From Octopus sinensis (lineage: Eukaryota), in contig NC_043011.1 in the NCBI RefSeq assembly GCF_006345805.1, positions 64,430,464 through 64,494,463 of the forward strand: 64,000 bases of DNA, in the 5' to 3' direction. The translations under genes and the position numbers were made by a program. Below are positions 22,134 to 35,646 of this stretch, in pieces. Positions within the stretch are counted from its first letter, which is position 1. Each line of letters opens with the position of its first letter. The notes beneath the pieces are model-generated. The model did not search any database and had not been told where the DNA came from. It saw only the letters and a program-made list of their open reading frames with translations.

Positions 22134-24693
22134 AACCAAAAAATAAGCAACAAGAATGGATCGATAGTTTAGTACAATTGTTTCCTACTATAACAATTTA
22201 TTAAAGCTGCAAATATTACAGTAAATATAATGTTAAGTAATCTTCAGCTAAATTTCATATAGGTTTTCCAAACATGTTAGAGAGTATAAATATACTTATA
22301 AAGTTATAGATGTGTGCTCAAGGAACTTGAAGGAAGATTCCAAGCAGACCATGTATGCTTTCCAACAATACAAAGTTCTTAATTTAATTGGTGACATCCC
22401 AGAGAAGGTATCTAGTGTACAAACCAAATCATATGAATAAAAATACTGACCAGTGCATAAGTAACTTTGAAAAAACCAATCTAGATAAATCTAAAAAACA
22501 TACAAACAAAAGAAATACGATTAATAACTCTGATGAGATCAGTAATAATACATCTCACCCTAACTCTAATTTAAGAAAATATAAAAAACAAAATATCATC
22601 TGTCTAAATATTCCTTTCAACTAAGCGGTTTTATCGAATATATACAGTAGATTCAAATCTATACTAGAAAATATTTTGCCAACCTCTCATAAATATCATA
22701 GAACAATTTCTAAGAGAACAGTTAGGATTTCTTATTCAACCCTCCGAAATATGTCCACTATAATAGCTAGAATTAATAGTAAAAACATTAAGTTAGCCAG
22801 GAGTAGTAAGATTAGTATGAACATGAATACCAATAATAATTGTAATAATAATATCAATAATAAGAATAATAAGAATTATCAAAATGAGAGCAACATCAAC
22901 AACAATAATATCAGTAACATTAATAGAAATAATTATATTAATAAAAAATGGATAATATAAATAGAAATAATACCGAAAATAATGATAACAATTATATCTA
23001 TAGCAGAAATAATTACTTGGATATAAATATTAATAATAATAATAGCAATATCAATAATGTAGATAATAGAGATATTGTCATGGTGGATCTAAATGATAGT
23101 GTAAATGGATCAATGAATAGTAACCCTACTTTGGATAACAATATTACCAATAATAATGAAAATAATAGCAGCAATGTGAGAGATCTGTCCTTAAATAATT
23201 CTAAATTTGAAAATTATCCCCCTATTTGCAATTGTAGGATTAGGTCAAATTGTCCGGCATCTGGTCGTTGTTCTGTCCAAAATGTAATCTATAAATATAC
23301 TATAACAACTTCTAATAATAACTTTTTCTACCTAGTTTGTACTATTAATTTTAAACAGAGAATTAACAATCATCTTTCCTCTTTCCGATTAGATCATAAA
23401 GCAGGTTGCACTACACTTTCCAGTAAAATTGGGAATCAAATGTACACATGTATACAATAATATTAAATATAACCTAAAATTGGAAATAGTTAGAAGGGCA
23501 ATACCTTATAGAAATAATAAGGTTGGCTGTCAACTCTGTTCTATGGAGACCTATGAAATTTTAAAATATAGAACAAAATAAAAATCTACTAAATAATCGT
23601 ATAGAATCGGGTTTTTGTCTTGTATTCATTCAAAAATCAAAACTTTAAAATATTTTAAATATAAATTTGTAGGTTCTCTTATTGTTGCTGTTTCTAACTG
23701 TATCTTTTTAATATGAAAATAAATAGTAAATGTACTATGCTAATTTTTAATTGATATTATAGTCAACTTAATTAACCTAACTTAAATTAAAAAATTACTA
23801 ATTCTGCAAATTCTATTTGAAATTTAGCATGTAATTCTATTCCCTTAGTTATACATTTGATTTTCACTATAAATTTGAATAGGTACACTTCCCCTACCAT
23901 TTGCTATTGATTTCAATTGACCTCTAGATTGTTGACCTAAATTCTATCTTACCATATAAAAATAAATGTTGAAATATAAACAAAAATAAATGAATAGACT
24001 TCTATTCTAGTGTTAACCTTAATTTTCTTACTGTATCTTTCTCTACCGATAACCAATGGCCCCTATAGTGTTTTCCTTTGATCTCCCACTATTAATTCTG
24101 ATGGCTTTCAGTTGAAAGCTAGGGGTGGTCAACCTTACAGTTCTCATAAGAATTTAAGATTCCTTCCACATTGACCTAGATTTTCTGTCACCATAGAAAT
24201 AGACTGACCTTTCATTTTAGTATCTATGTTTCTTTTACACACCCTTATATATTTTTCTCCTTCTGTTCTTTTCTCTAGCTAGTCAGTTTCCTTGACCTAC
24301 CCCGCTATTATTCCTACTACTATAGAAATTTGTTTACAACAGTTGGATGCGAACAAAATCATGGCCTGATTGGCATCTTTCTTCATGTTTCCTGAAATTT
24401 ATATCCACATCTTTATGAGTATATTTACCTTCACTTGGATGTCACTAATTAATTAAAGAACTTTGTATTATTGGAAAACATATATGGTCTGCTTGGAATC
24501 TTGCTTCAAGTTCCTTGAGCTCACATTAATAACGTTGTAAGTATATTTACACTCTCTAAGAGGTTTGGAAAACATATATGAAATTTAGCTGAAGATTTTT
24601 TAACTTTATATTTGCTGTAATATTTGCAGCTTTAATAAATTTTTATAGTATGAAACAATTGTACTATCAATTCTTGTTGCTTATTTTTTGGTT
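22134..24693 (+). mobile_element. Penelope-like element (RT thumb end + GIY-YIG) bracketed by ~260 bp inverted repeats
   Basis: ICLNIPFN, TVRISYSTLRNM, CNCRIRSNCPASGRC...VIY, FKQRINNHLSSF, TTLS and PY...CQLC motifs. Inverted arms at 22134-22399 and 24437-24693. Confidence 0.88.
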
Positions 24694-24803
24694 AAAACCA
24701 CCCCATATAATTTATGGGTAACCCCATAAACAAATTCTGTTGTATCAAAATTAAATACCATATTAATTTTGAATCTATATATATACGTATATATATATAT
24801 ATA

Positions 24804-24844
<41 letters not shown>

Positions 24845-24848
24845 AAAC

Positions 24849-24893
<45 letters not shown>

Positions 24894-24916
24894 TATATAT
24901 GGCTATGTGTATATGG

Positions 24917-25015
<99 letters not shown>

Positions 25016-25270
25016 GTAACAAGGAGGATATTTTAACCTCATAAATGTATTAATCAAGATAAAGTGGTTCAATATATCATATTTTCTAGAGATATTTCCT
25101 CAATGAATATATAAGAAAAAATATCGAAACCAGTCAAGCAGTATTATCTACTCAAACAGAATATTCTAATGTATAATAATCGATATCTAATTAATGAAGT
25201 TGCTAATTAATTAATAACTTAATTCCTAACAATTGGATATTTCTGTTTTTTTCTCGATTATAATACTGAT

Positions 25271-25373
<103 letters not shown>

Positions 25374-25378
25374 TTTAA

Positions 25379-25416
<38 letters not shown>

Positions 25417-25437
25417 TAATAATATTAATAAAAATAA

Positions 25438-26268
25438 TAAGCAAATGGAAGTCTCCAGGAAAGGATAAAATCCCTAACTTCTGGCTGAATGCCTTCCCAG
25501 AGAGCCATGAACTGCTAACAGAACTTTACAATGATGTTTTGCAACAACCTAGTAGGATGCCACCTTGGCTAGTTAATAAGTTAACATTCCTGCTTCCAAA
25601 AAGTGAAGAAACAAATGAACCCAAAAACTATAGACCCATAACCTGCTTATCAACTATATAAAAACTGGTGGGAACACAAACCACCCCATTCCTAGAAAAT
25701 GACCACATCTTAATCCTCTGGAACTTCACCATTCAAACTGACAGAAAGATAGATGCAATTATGCCAGACATCATATTTAGAGACTTCAGACAAAGAACAT
25801 GCCTCCTCAATGATAAGACTGTCCCAATCGATATAAACGTATCAGTCAAGACCTACAAAAAACTGAGCAAATATAAAGATCTTGAAATAGAAATCAGCAA
25901 AATGTGGAACCTGAAGACTAAAACAATACCTGTCACCATAGGTGCCCTGGGAATGATAGCGAAAGGGACTGATTGCTACCTAACTCAGATACCAGGGAAC
26001 CCCAAAATGGCAGAAATTCAAAAGATAGTGCTCATGGGAACTGCTCATATCCTACGCATAATATTTTATATGTAATCTCAAGGTTTAAAACAAACAAAAT
26101 TCTTGTTTTTTTTTAGACAGTCACTAGTAAAACACAGAAAGAAAATAAAACAAATATATGGCACACTAGGCATAAGAAGAACATGAACTTCCCACCTGTT
26201 GTCTCTTGAGGTCTCTAGTAGAAACTTGGAGCCAACTTGTACAAATATAAAACAAATATCAAACATCG
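25438..26268 (+). mobile_element. Internally deleted R4/Dong-type LINE (subfamily A)
   Basis: WKSPGKDKIPNFW...NYRPITCLST is fused at ~25660 directly to the RLE domain and 3' UTR; flanked by (AAT)n. Confidence 0.93.
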
Positions 26269-26289
26269 TATAATAATAATAATAATGAC

Positions 26290-26376
<87 letters not shown>

Positions 26377-26406
26377 AATAATGATGATAATAATAATAAA
26401 AATGAT

Positions 26407-26444
<38 letters not shown>

Positions 26445-26447
<3 letters not shown>

Positions 26448-26677
26448 GCAAAATACTCTCTATGTAACCTCAAGGTTTAAAACAACCATAATTTTCGGTT
26501 TAAAAAAAAAAAAAAAAACTTTTTTTTTAGACATTCATTAGTACAACATCCCCACCCCCCAAATATATGGCACACTAGGCATAACAACAACATGAACTTC
26601 CAACCCTGTTGTCTCTTGAGGTCTCTGGGTGAGACTTGGAGCCAACTTGTACAAATATAAAGCAAAAGTCAAACATA

Positions 26678-26679
<2 letters not shown>
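26445..26679 (+). mobile_element. Very short 3' end of an R4/Dong-type LINE (subfamily A)
   Basis: RKILSM* plus a 3' UTR matching 5200-5436; between (AAT)n tracts. Confidence 0.92.
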
Positions 26680-26719
<40 letters not shown>

Positions 26720-26784
26720 TGATGATGATAATCATAATAATAATATAGTAATAATATAGTTATATTATAATAATAATAATAGCT

Positions 26785-26842
<58 letters not shown>

Positions 26843-26847
<5 letters not shown>

Positions 26848-27681
26848 AATATAAGAGTGTGTCAACCATGTGGACGCTTTTGCGCTAAAAATAGTTCCGC
26901 ACTGGTCTCAACCACCAAGAGTCGTTCCCAAGCAGAGTTAGCACAACTGTGAAGGTAAACGAGCAGGACAAATGAAAATAACAAAACTGTAGGTTAATTC
27001 TAGACAATTGTTTCGCTATTACTGGATTATGCAATGTTTCTTACATCATAGATCTGCAGCTCCTCAGTAGAATTTGTCATGAGTACAATTTACTGAACCG
27101 CACGCCAGGTTTTAACATAAAGCCAAACACACGTGTGGTTCAGTCTATTATATTCGCAGTTATGATTCGAATGCCCTCGTTGTAGAGCGCCAAAATACAC
27201 AGAAAAAATGCTGCATAAATAATTTACTGCAGTATAATTAACATCAATAATAAGGTTGAAAAAATTTGATATTAACTTAATAACATCAATTTAACACTAA
27301 GTGGTTTAGCGCATAAAAACCTGGGTTACACTAAAATAAATACACAAATATAAGAGATTGTCCACTATGTAGTCGCTCTTGCGTTAAAAATAGATACGCA
27401 ATGGTCTCAACACCCAAGAAGTGTTCCCAAGGAGAATTAGCACAACTATGAACGTAAACGAGCAGGAGAAATAAATAAATATCAAAAATGTAGATTAATT
27501 CTAGACAATTGTTTCGCTGTTAATGGATTATGCAATGTTTCTAACATAATAGATCTGCAGCTCTTCAGTAGAATTTGTCGTGAATACAATTTACAGAACC
27601 GCAGGCAAGGTTTTAACATAAAGCCAAACACACGTGTGGTTCAGTCTATTATATTCGCAGTTATGATACGAATGCCCTCGT
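26843..27681 (+). repeat. Tandem duplication of a ~340 bp unit (26843-27181 and 27341-27681, period ~500 bp)
   Basis: Colinear match by eye, ~80-85% on the left and nearly identical over the last ~65 bp. Confidence 0.92.
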
Positions 27682-27918
27682 TATGCGTGGTTTGTTTTCA
27701 ATTGCTTTGGTTTTTCTGGCAACTCCCTTTAAAGTAGAAGGAATAGATAAGATTTTTTGACTGCTATTTCTAAACTTCGGTGTGTGGTGAAGCAAATCAT
27801 TGCTGAACCCTAATTATATAGTTTTACTTAAACTTACCAGGACATGGTCTTTTTTCATGCCGAATTCCACTTGGTGAAATTATTGATTACTTCTTAATTA
27901 ATTTCATCCTTTGTTGTG

Positions 27919-28031
<113 letters not shown>

Positions 28032-28049
28032 TTATTATATAGAAGGAGC

Positions 28050-28097
28050 TTCTACAGGACTAGAACTGTTTCATTCAAGAGAAATCTTCAGAATGTA
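28050..28097 (-). ncRNA. Minimal type I hammerhead-like motif
   Basis: Minus strand reads CUGAAGA-UUUC(UCUU)GAAU-GAAAC-AGUUCUA-GUC. Core nucleotides are present, but stems I and II are imperfect. Confidence 0.35.
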
Positions 28098-28129
28098 TAT
28101 ATATATATATATAAATTATATATATATAA

Positions 28130-28171
<42 letters not shown>

Positions 28172-28207
28172 TATATATATAAATATATATATATATATAA
28201 ATATAAT

Positions 28208-28243
<36 letters not shown>

Positions 28244-28470
28244 ATTATATATATATAATATATATATGTATATATAATGATATATATATATATAATGATA
28301 TATATATATAATATATATATAATATTTATAATGATATATATATATATATATAATGATATATATATATATATATATAAGTATATATATATTATAATTATAT
28401 ATATATAAATATATAATATATATATATATATATAATATTATATATAATAATATATATATATAATGATATG

Positions 28471-28510
<40 letters not shown>

Positions 28511-28648
28511 TATAACCATTATTCATATCATTTACTTTTCACGGATATTTGTCTGCAGCTTGTATGTTGTTAACACAACTAGGTATCTCGGGAAAATTCG
28601 AACCTTGTTTCTCGTTCCTAACGTATTTTATTGTTACTATTTTAGTCA

Positions 28649-28819
28649 GTGCCTGGAATCGAACTCGGAATATTTCGGTTAAGATCGCGGGCTACTAAAA
28701 CTAATTTCGCGGTTGATTCTAGACAGTGAAAAAAAATGATAATAATAATATAATAATAACAATAATGATGATAATAATAATATAATAATAATATCATAAT
28801 AATAATAATAATAATATAC

Positions 28820-28863
<44 letters not shown>

Positions 28864-29403
28864 TAATAATAATAATACTAATAAAATAATAATATAAAAA
28901 TAATAATAGTAGCAACAACAACGACAATAACTACATCGTACACTACCTTGGGAATGAGAAAATAAGTTTCGACATTGCCCCACAAACCAGATGAAGCCCG
29001 GAGTGTATATCAGCCGATCGTTGTGTTTAATAATACAGAAGAATGAAGACAATATCTGTCAAATATATTAATAATGAAGATTAAAGAAGTGATACTGATA
29101 TAAGTAAATTATGATTCACAAAAATGTTCTTCGATTTCAAGGTCATGTCGCAGCAAAATTCTGCTATATTTCAGCGGTAACAATATGTCCTGATTCATCA
29201 AAAAATATGCCTGTAAGAACCCGGATCGTCACTATTGCGAGTAACTATGCTTGTTTTTCAACGATTATTTCTCATATTTTTCTACATAAATTTTGTAATT
29301 AATAATACTTGAACTTTTCCTATATTTTGTGATATGATGCCTAGCTCTTTCTATTATTAGACATAATATGTGTCTGTGCGTTTGTACGTGTATATTATAA
29401 TAC

Positions 29404-29448
<45 letters not shown>

Positions 29449-29498
29449 TATTTAATATATTATTTATGTGTGTGTGTGTTGCGTGCGTATGTGTGTGT

Positions 29499-29573
<75 letters not shown>

Positions 29574-31570
29574 CATATATATATACATATAATATATATA
29601 TACATATATACATATATATATATAATAATATATATATATATATATATATATGAACATCTTGATATACAAAGTGAAAAAATAATAATTCAATAATTAAAAG
29701 CTTTAAAATTTTAAAAATACAAAAAGCTCTTATAAGTCATTAAATTGTAATCAATAAAAACGTTTCAAATATAGACAATCTCTTTAAATAATGAACCATA
29801 TAATAAATATACTTGTGTAGTATCTATAGATTTTATATATCAATCTACAACAAAACTGACTAACTAAATATCAATAATATAATACCTAATTAACTTAAAT
29901 TTTGTATTACAAATTCATAATCCACCTGTATATCAATATATTATAAAATATATTATAATATATATATATATATAATATCGATAATAATATGTTAATGGAA
30001 AGTAAGAGAACCTATCAAACCCAAATTAAAGAGAGTTGCTAAAATATTAGAACCAAAGAACAATACACTATGAAGATGTACAATCACAATCAACAGTCCT
30101 CTACAAAACAAGTGAATAATAAGAACAATAATAAAAACTATCATAGTCGAAATCATAGCAAGAACTAACTAATATTCATAATCGAAGTAAATTACTAAGT
30201 CCAACGATTCTGTTAATCTATCTACATTTTAAAATGATAAACTTCTAATTGATCAACTCAATCGATTCCATTCATGAAAAATACAATCAAAAATTTGAAA
30301 TATTAAAAATAAACTCAAATCCATTATATAAACTCGTTATATTAATATCTATGTACAATATCTATAGGTTTAATATATCACACGATAAAAAGTTATACAT
30401 ATATGTTATATTAAAATAAAACTATTTATTTTAAATAATATTATTTAATGAAAGTATTATCTAATTATTATAAGACACATAGTCTAACAACATTAATTCT
30501 CAAATTAAATAATATGTAAACGTAAAATCTTTTATAACAATTAAACATTGGACGTAAAAAATACTATCAAGAAACTATAAATATATAAAAATATTACATC
30601 AAACAATAATAATATCAACGATAATAATAATTTCAAACACACAACGGTTCCATATTCAAATGAAATAGATAAACTATAAAAATCAGACTTAGCTTTAGTG
30701 AAGACTGAAGAGTAAATGATTTTTAAAAGAAATAAATAGTTAACGCGTTTATAAATAATCGCTTGGATACATTGTGCAAAGAAGTTGAATAAATCCACAA
30801 TGAACGTGGCCAAACTTTTAACAATGAAAAATACGTAAAAATCGTTTATAAAGTTTTTCGCGTGAAATAAAATAAATATTCAATGAACATGGCGAAATTA
30901 TTATCAATGAAAAATACAAAAACACGGGAAACCTTAGTCCCATGTTCTAAACAATTTGAGAAAATCACAACTTATGGAGAAACTAATATAAACACACCCA
31001 AATAAATATAACAAACACCTATTATTATATCAATAATAAAATTAATACCAGTTAAACATTGACACCCGCCTAAAAGAACACAAATTCAAACGAAAAAGAA
31101 ATAACATTACTAAGTTAATTTCAGAAAATCACTAGATTATAAACGTAAAGAATAATACTTAGCGTCTATAAGAACTCGTGGAGACGTTGCAAGGAAAAAT
31201 AGAACATAACTATTAATGAAAAAGACTAAAAGAAAATTATTAATGGAATACGGGAATTATCTAAACTTCATGAATCAAATAAAATTAATAAAAGTACTAA
31301 TAGTAAAATAGTACATTAAGAATTACTTGTTCATCATCATTACCCGGATCCTATAACAAGCCATACGCGATTATAAATATTATTATCTTTAAAATTATAT
31401 TAATTAACATAATAATTAACGTTATTTATATCATTATAACTTATTACCATCACTAACAAAATCCAAACTACAACAAACTGCCAACTAACGTCAAATTATT
31501 TCACAGCCGACTATCTCCTACCATTCAACCCTTCCTAAAGACTGCAACAGATGAAGCCCAAAGCTCATAT
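28649..31570 (+). repeat. ~2.9 kb segment repeated at 32251-35140 across an N gap
   Basis: Same order and identical complex (TA) microsatellite patterns (29357-29690 vs 32956-33289); the second copy starts at the gap edge. Confidence 0.93.
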
Positions 31571-31851
31571 GTATATATATATATATTTATGAAATATTCT
31601 ATTATATATTGATATTTTGGTGAATTATGTTTTTGTAATACTAATTTTAAGTTAATTATGTATAACATTATTTGATAGTTAGTCAATTTTGTTAAAGATT
31701 GTTATATAAAGTCTATAGATACCACACATATATATTTCTTATAAGGTTAGTTTTTTTAACGAGTTTGTCTATTTCTTATTTTGATTACAATTTAAGGATT
31801 TATAATCGCTTTGTGTATTTTATTTAATTTTGAATTATTTAATTATTGAAG
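29686..31851 (+). mobile_element. Highly degraded Penelope-like element with ~250 bp inverted termini
   Basis: Inverted arms at ~29686-29940 and ~31605-31851. GIY-YIG-like remnants VPCS...TYGET...DTRLKEHK at ~30945-31090. Confidence 0.55.
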
Positions 31852-31917
31852 TATTATTATAATTTTTGCTTCTGCATATTTAGGATTTTCATACATATAA
31901 ATATATACATACATACA

Positions 31918-31997
<80 letters not shown>

Positions 31998-32007
31998 ATT
32001 ATATATA

Positions 32008-32054
<47 letters not shown>

Positions 32055-32150
32055 AGTAGTTGAATGAATTATCCTAGAATTGATAATTCAATTAACCGAT
32101 ACCTGGGTAGCAAATTCACGTCAGAAAACACGGTTGAAGCTACATGCCAA

Positions 32151-32250
32151 NNNNNNNNNNNNNNNNNNNNNNNNNNNNNNNNNNNNNNNNNNNNNNNNNN
32201 NNNNNNNNNNNNNNNNNNNNNNNNNNNNNNNNNNNNNNNNNNNNNNNNNN
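32151..32250. other. Assembly gap (100 N)
   Basis: Exactly 100 N, a typical placeholder for a gap of unknown size. Confidence 0.99.
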
Positions 32251-32388
32251 GTGCCTGGAATCGAACTCGGAATATTTCGGTTAGATCGCGGCTACTAAAA
32301 CTAAATTTCGCGGTTGATTCTAGACAGTGAGAAGAAAAATGATAATAATAATTATATAATAACAATAATGATGATAATAATAATAATA

Positions 32389-32419
<31 letters not shown>

Positions 32420-32450
32420 TAATAATAATATTAATAATAATAATAATATA

Positions 32451-32501
<51 letters not shown>

Positions 32502-33002
32502 TAATAATAGTAGCAACAACAACGACAATAACTACATCGTACACTACCTTGGGAATGAGAAAATAAGTTCGACATTGCCCCAACAAACCAGATGAAGCCC
32601 GGAGTGTATATCAGCCGATCGTTGTGTTAATAATACAGAAGATGAAGACACATATCTGTCAAATATATTAATAATGAAGATTAAAGAAGTGATACTGATA
32701 TAAGTAAATAATGATTCACAAAAATGTTCTTCGATTTCAAGGTCATGTCGCAGCAAAATTCTGCTATATTTCAGCGGTAACAATATGTCCTGATTCCATC
32801 AAAAAATATCCTGTAAGACGCCCGGATCGTCACTATTGCGAGTAACTATGCTTGTTTTCAACGATTATTTCTCATATTTTTCTACATAAATTTGTAATTA
32901 ATAATACTTGAACTTTTCCTATATTTTGTGATATGATGCCTAGCTCTTTCTATTATTAGACATAATATGTGTCTGTGCGTTTGTACGTGTATATTATAAT
33001 AC

Positions 33003-33047
<45 letters not shown>

Positions 33048-33097
33048 TATTTAATATATTATTTATGTGTGTGTGTGTTGCGTGCGTATGTGTGTGT

Positions 33098-33172
<75 letters not shown>

Positions 33173-35138
33173 CATATATATATACATATAATATATATAT
33201 ACATATATACATATATATATATAATAATATATATATATATATATATATATGAACATCTTGATATACAAAGTGAAAAAATAATAATTCAATAATTAAAAGC
33301 TTTAAAATTTTAAAAAATACAAAAAGCTCTTATAAGTCATTAAATTGTAATCAAATTAAGAAACGTTTCAAATATAGACAATCTCTTTAAATAATGAACC
33401 ATATAATAAATATACTTGTGTAGTATCTATAGATTTTATATATCAATCTACAACAAAACTGACTAAATATCAAATAATATAATACCTAATTAACTTAAAT
33501 TTTGTATTACAAATTCATAATCCACCTGTATATCAATATATTATAAAATATATTATAATATATATATATAATAATATCGATAATAATATGTTAATGGAAA
33601 GTAAAAACCTATCAAACCAAATTAAAGAGAGTTGCTAAAATATTAGAACCAAAGAACAATACACTATGAAGATGTACAATCACAATCAACAGTCCTCTAC
33701 AAACAATGAATAATAAGAACATAATAAAAACTATCATAGTCGAAATCATAGCAAGAACTAACTAATATTCATAATCGAAGTAAATTACTAAGTCCAACGA
33801 TTCTGTTAATCTATCTACTTTTAAAATGATAAACTTCTAATTGATCAACTCAATCGATTCCATTCATGAAAAATACAATCAAAATTTGAAATATTAAAAA
33901 TAAACTCAAATCCATTATATAAACCTCGTTATATTAATATCTATGTACAATATCTATAGGTTTAATATATCACACGATAAAAAGTTATACATATATGTTA
34001 TATTAAAATAAAACTATTTATTTTAAATAATATTATTTAATGAAAGTATTATCTAATTATTATAAGACACATAGTCTAACAACATAATTCTCAAATTAAA
34101 TAATATGTAAACGTAAAATCTTTTATAACAATTAAACATTGGACGTAAAAAATACTATCAAGAAACTATAAATATATAAAAATATTACATCAAACAATAA
34201 TAATATCAACGATAATAATAATTTCAAACACACAAACGACGGTCCATATCAAATGAAAGATAACATAAAAATCAGACTTAGCTTTAGTGAAGACTGAAGA
34301 GTAAATGATTTTTAAAAGAAATAAATAGTTAACGCGTCTATAGATAATTGCTTGGATACATTGTGCAAAGAACTCGAATAAATCCACAATGAATGTGGCG
34401 AAACTTTGCAAGATGAAACATTCCTAAAAATCGTTTATAAAGTTTTTTGCGTGGAATACAATATATATTCACTGAACATGGCGAAATTATTATCAATGAA
34501 AAATCAAAACACGGAACCCGGTCCCATGTTCTAAACAATTGAGAAAATCACAACTTATGGAGAAACTAATATAAACACACGACCTAATAAATATAACAAA
34601 CAACCCCTCTTATTATATCAATAATAAATTAATACTAGTTAACATTGACACCCGCCTAAAAGAACATAAATTCAAACGAAAAAAATAACATTACTGAGTT
34701 AATTTCAGAATCACTAGATTATAAACGTAAAGAATAATTCTTAGCGTCTATAAAACTCGTGGAGACGTTGCAAGGAAAATAGAACATAACTATTAATGAA
34801 AAAGCTAAAAAAAATTATTAATGGAATACGGAATTATCTAAACTTCATGAATCAAATAAAATTCATAAAGTCTAATAGTAAAATAGTACATTAAGATTAC
34901 TTGTTCATCATCATTACCCGGATCCTATAACAAGCCATACGCGATTATAATATTATTATCATTAAAATTATATTAATTAACATAATAATTAACGTTATTT
35001 ATATCATTATAAATTATTACCATCACTAACAAAATCCAAACTACAACAAACTGCCAACTAACGTCAAATTAATTCACAGCTGCATATATCCTACATTCAA
35101 CCCTCCCTAAAGACTGCAACATATGAGGCCCAAAGCGC

Positions 35139-35140
<2 letters not shown>
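32251..35140 (+). repeat. Second copy of 28649-31570
   Basis: See the first copy; this one lacks the right-hand inverted arm of the PLE. Confidence 0.93.
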
Positions 35141-35178
<38 letters not shown>

Positions 35179-35271
35179 ATATTATATATATATATATATA
35201 TTATATATATATATATTATATATATATATATATTATATATATATATATATATTATATATATATATATTATA

Positions 35272-35322
<51 letters not shown>

Positions 35323-35337
35323 TATATATATATATAT

Positions 35338-35369
<32 letters not shown>

Positions 35370-35373
35370 ATAT

Positions 35374-35407
<34 letters not shown>

Positions 35408-35473
35408 ATATTATATATATATATATTATATATATATATATTATATATATATATATTATATATATATATATAT

Positions 35474-35643
<170 letters not shown>

Positions 35644-35646
35644 ATA

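Noticed and set aside
22948-23460. Asn-rich 170 aa ORF as a prion-like host protein
   Set aside because: Its C-terminal half is the Penelope GIY-YIG region.
24098-24120. CTGATGG-CTTTCAGTTGAAAGC as a hammerhead
   Set aside because: A9 is missing, GAAA lies inside the hairpin, and there is no stem III or GUH site.
28649-28705. tRNA gene on the minus strand (GTTCGATTCC B box)
   Set aside because: No cloverleaf can be folded; more likely a decayed SINE head. It is also repeated at 32251.
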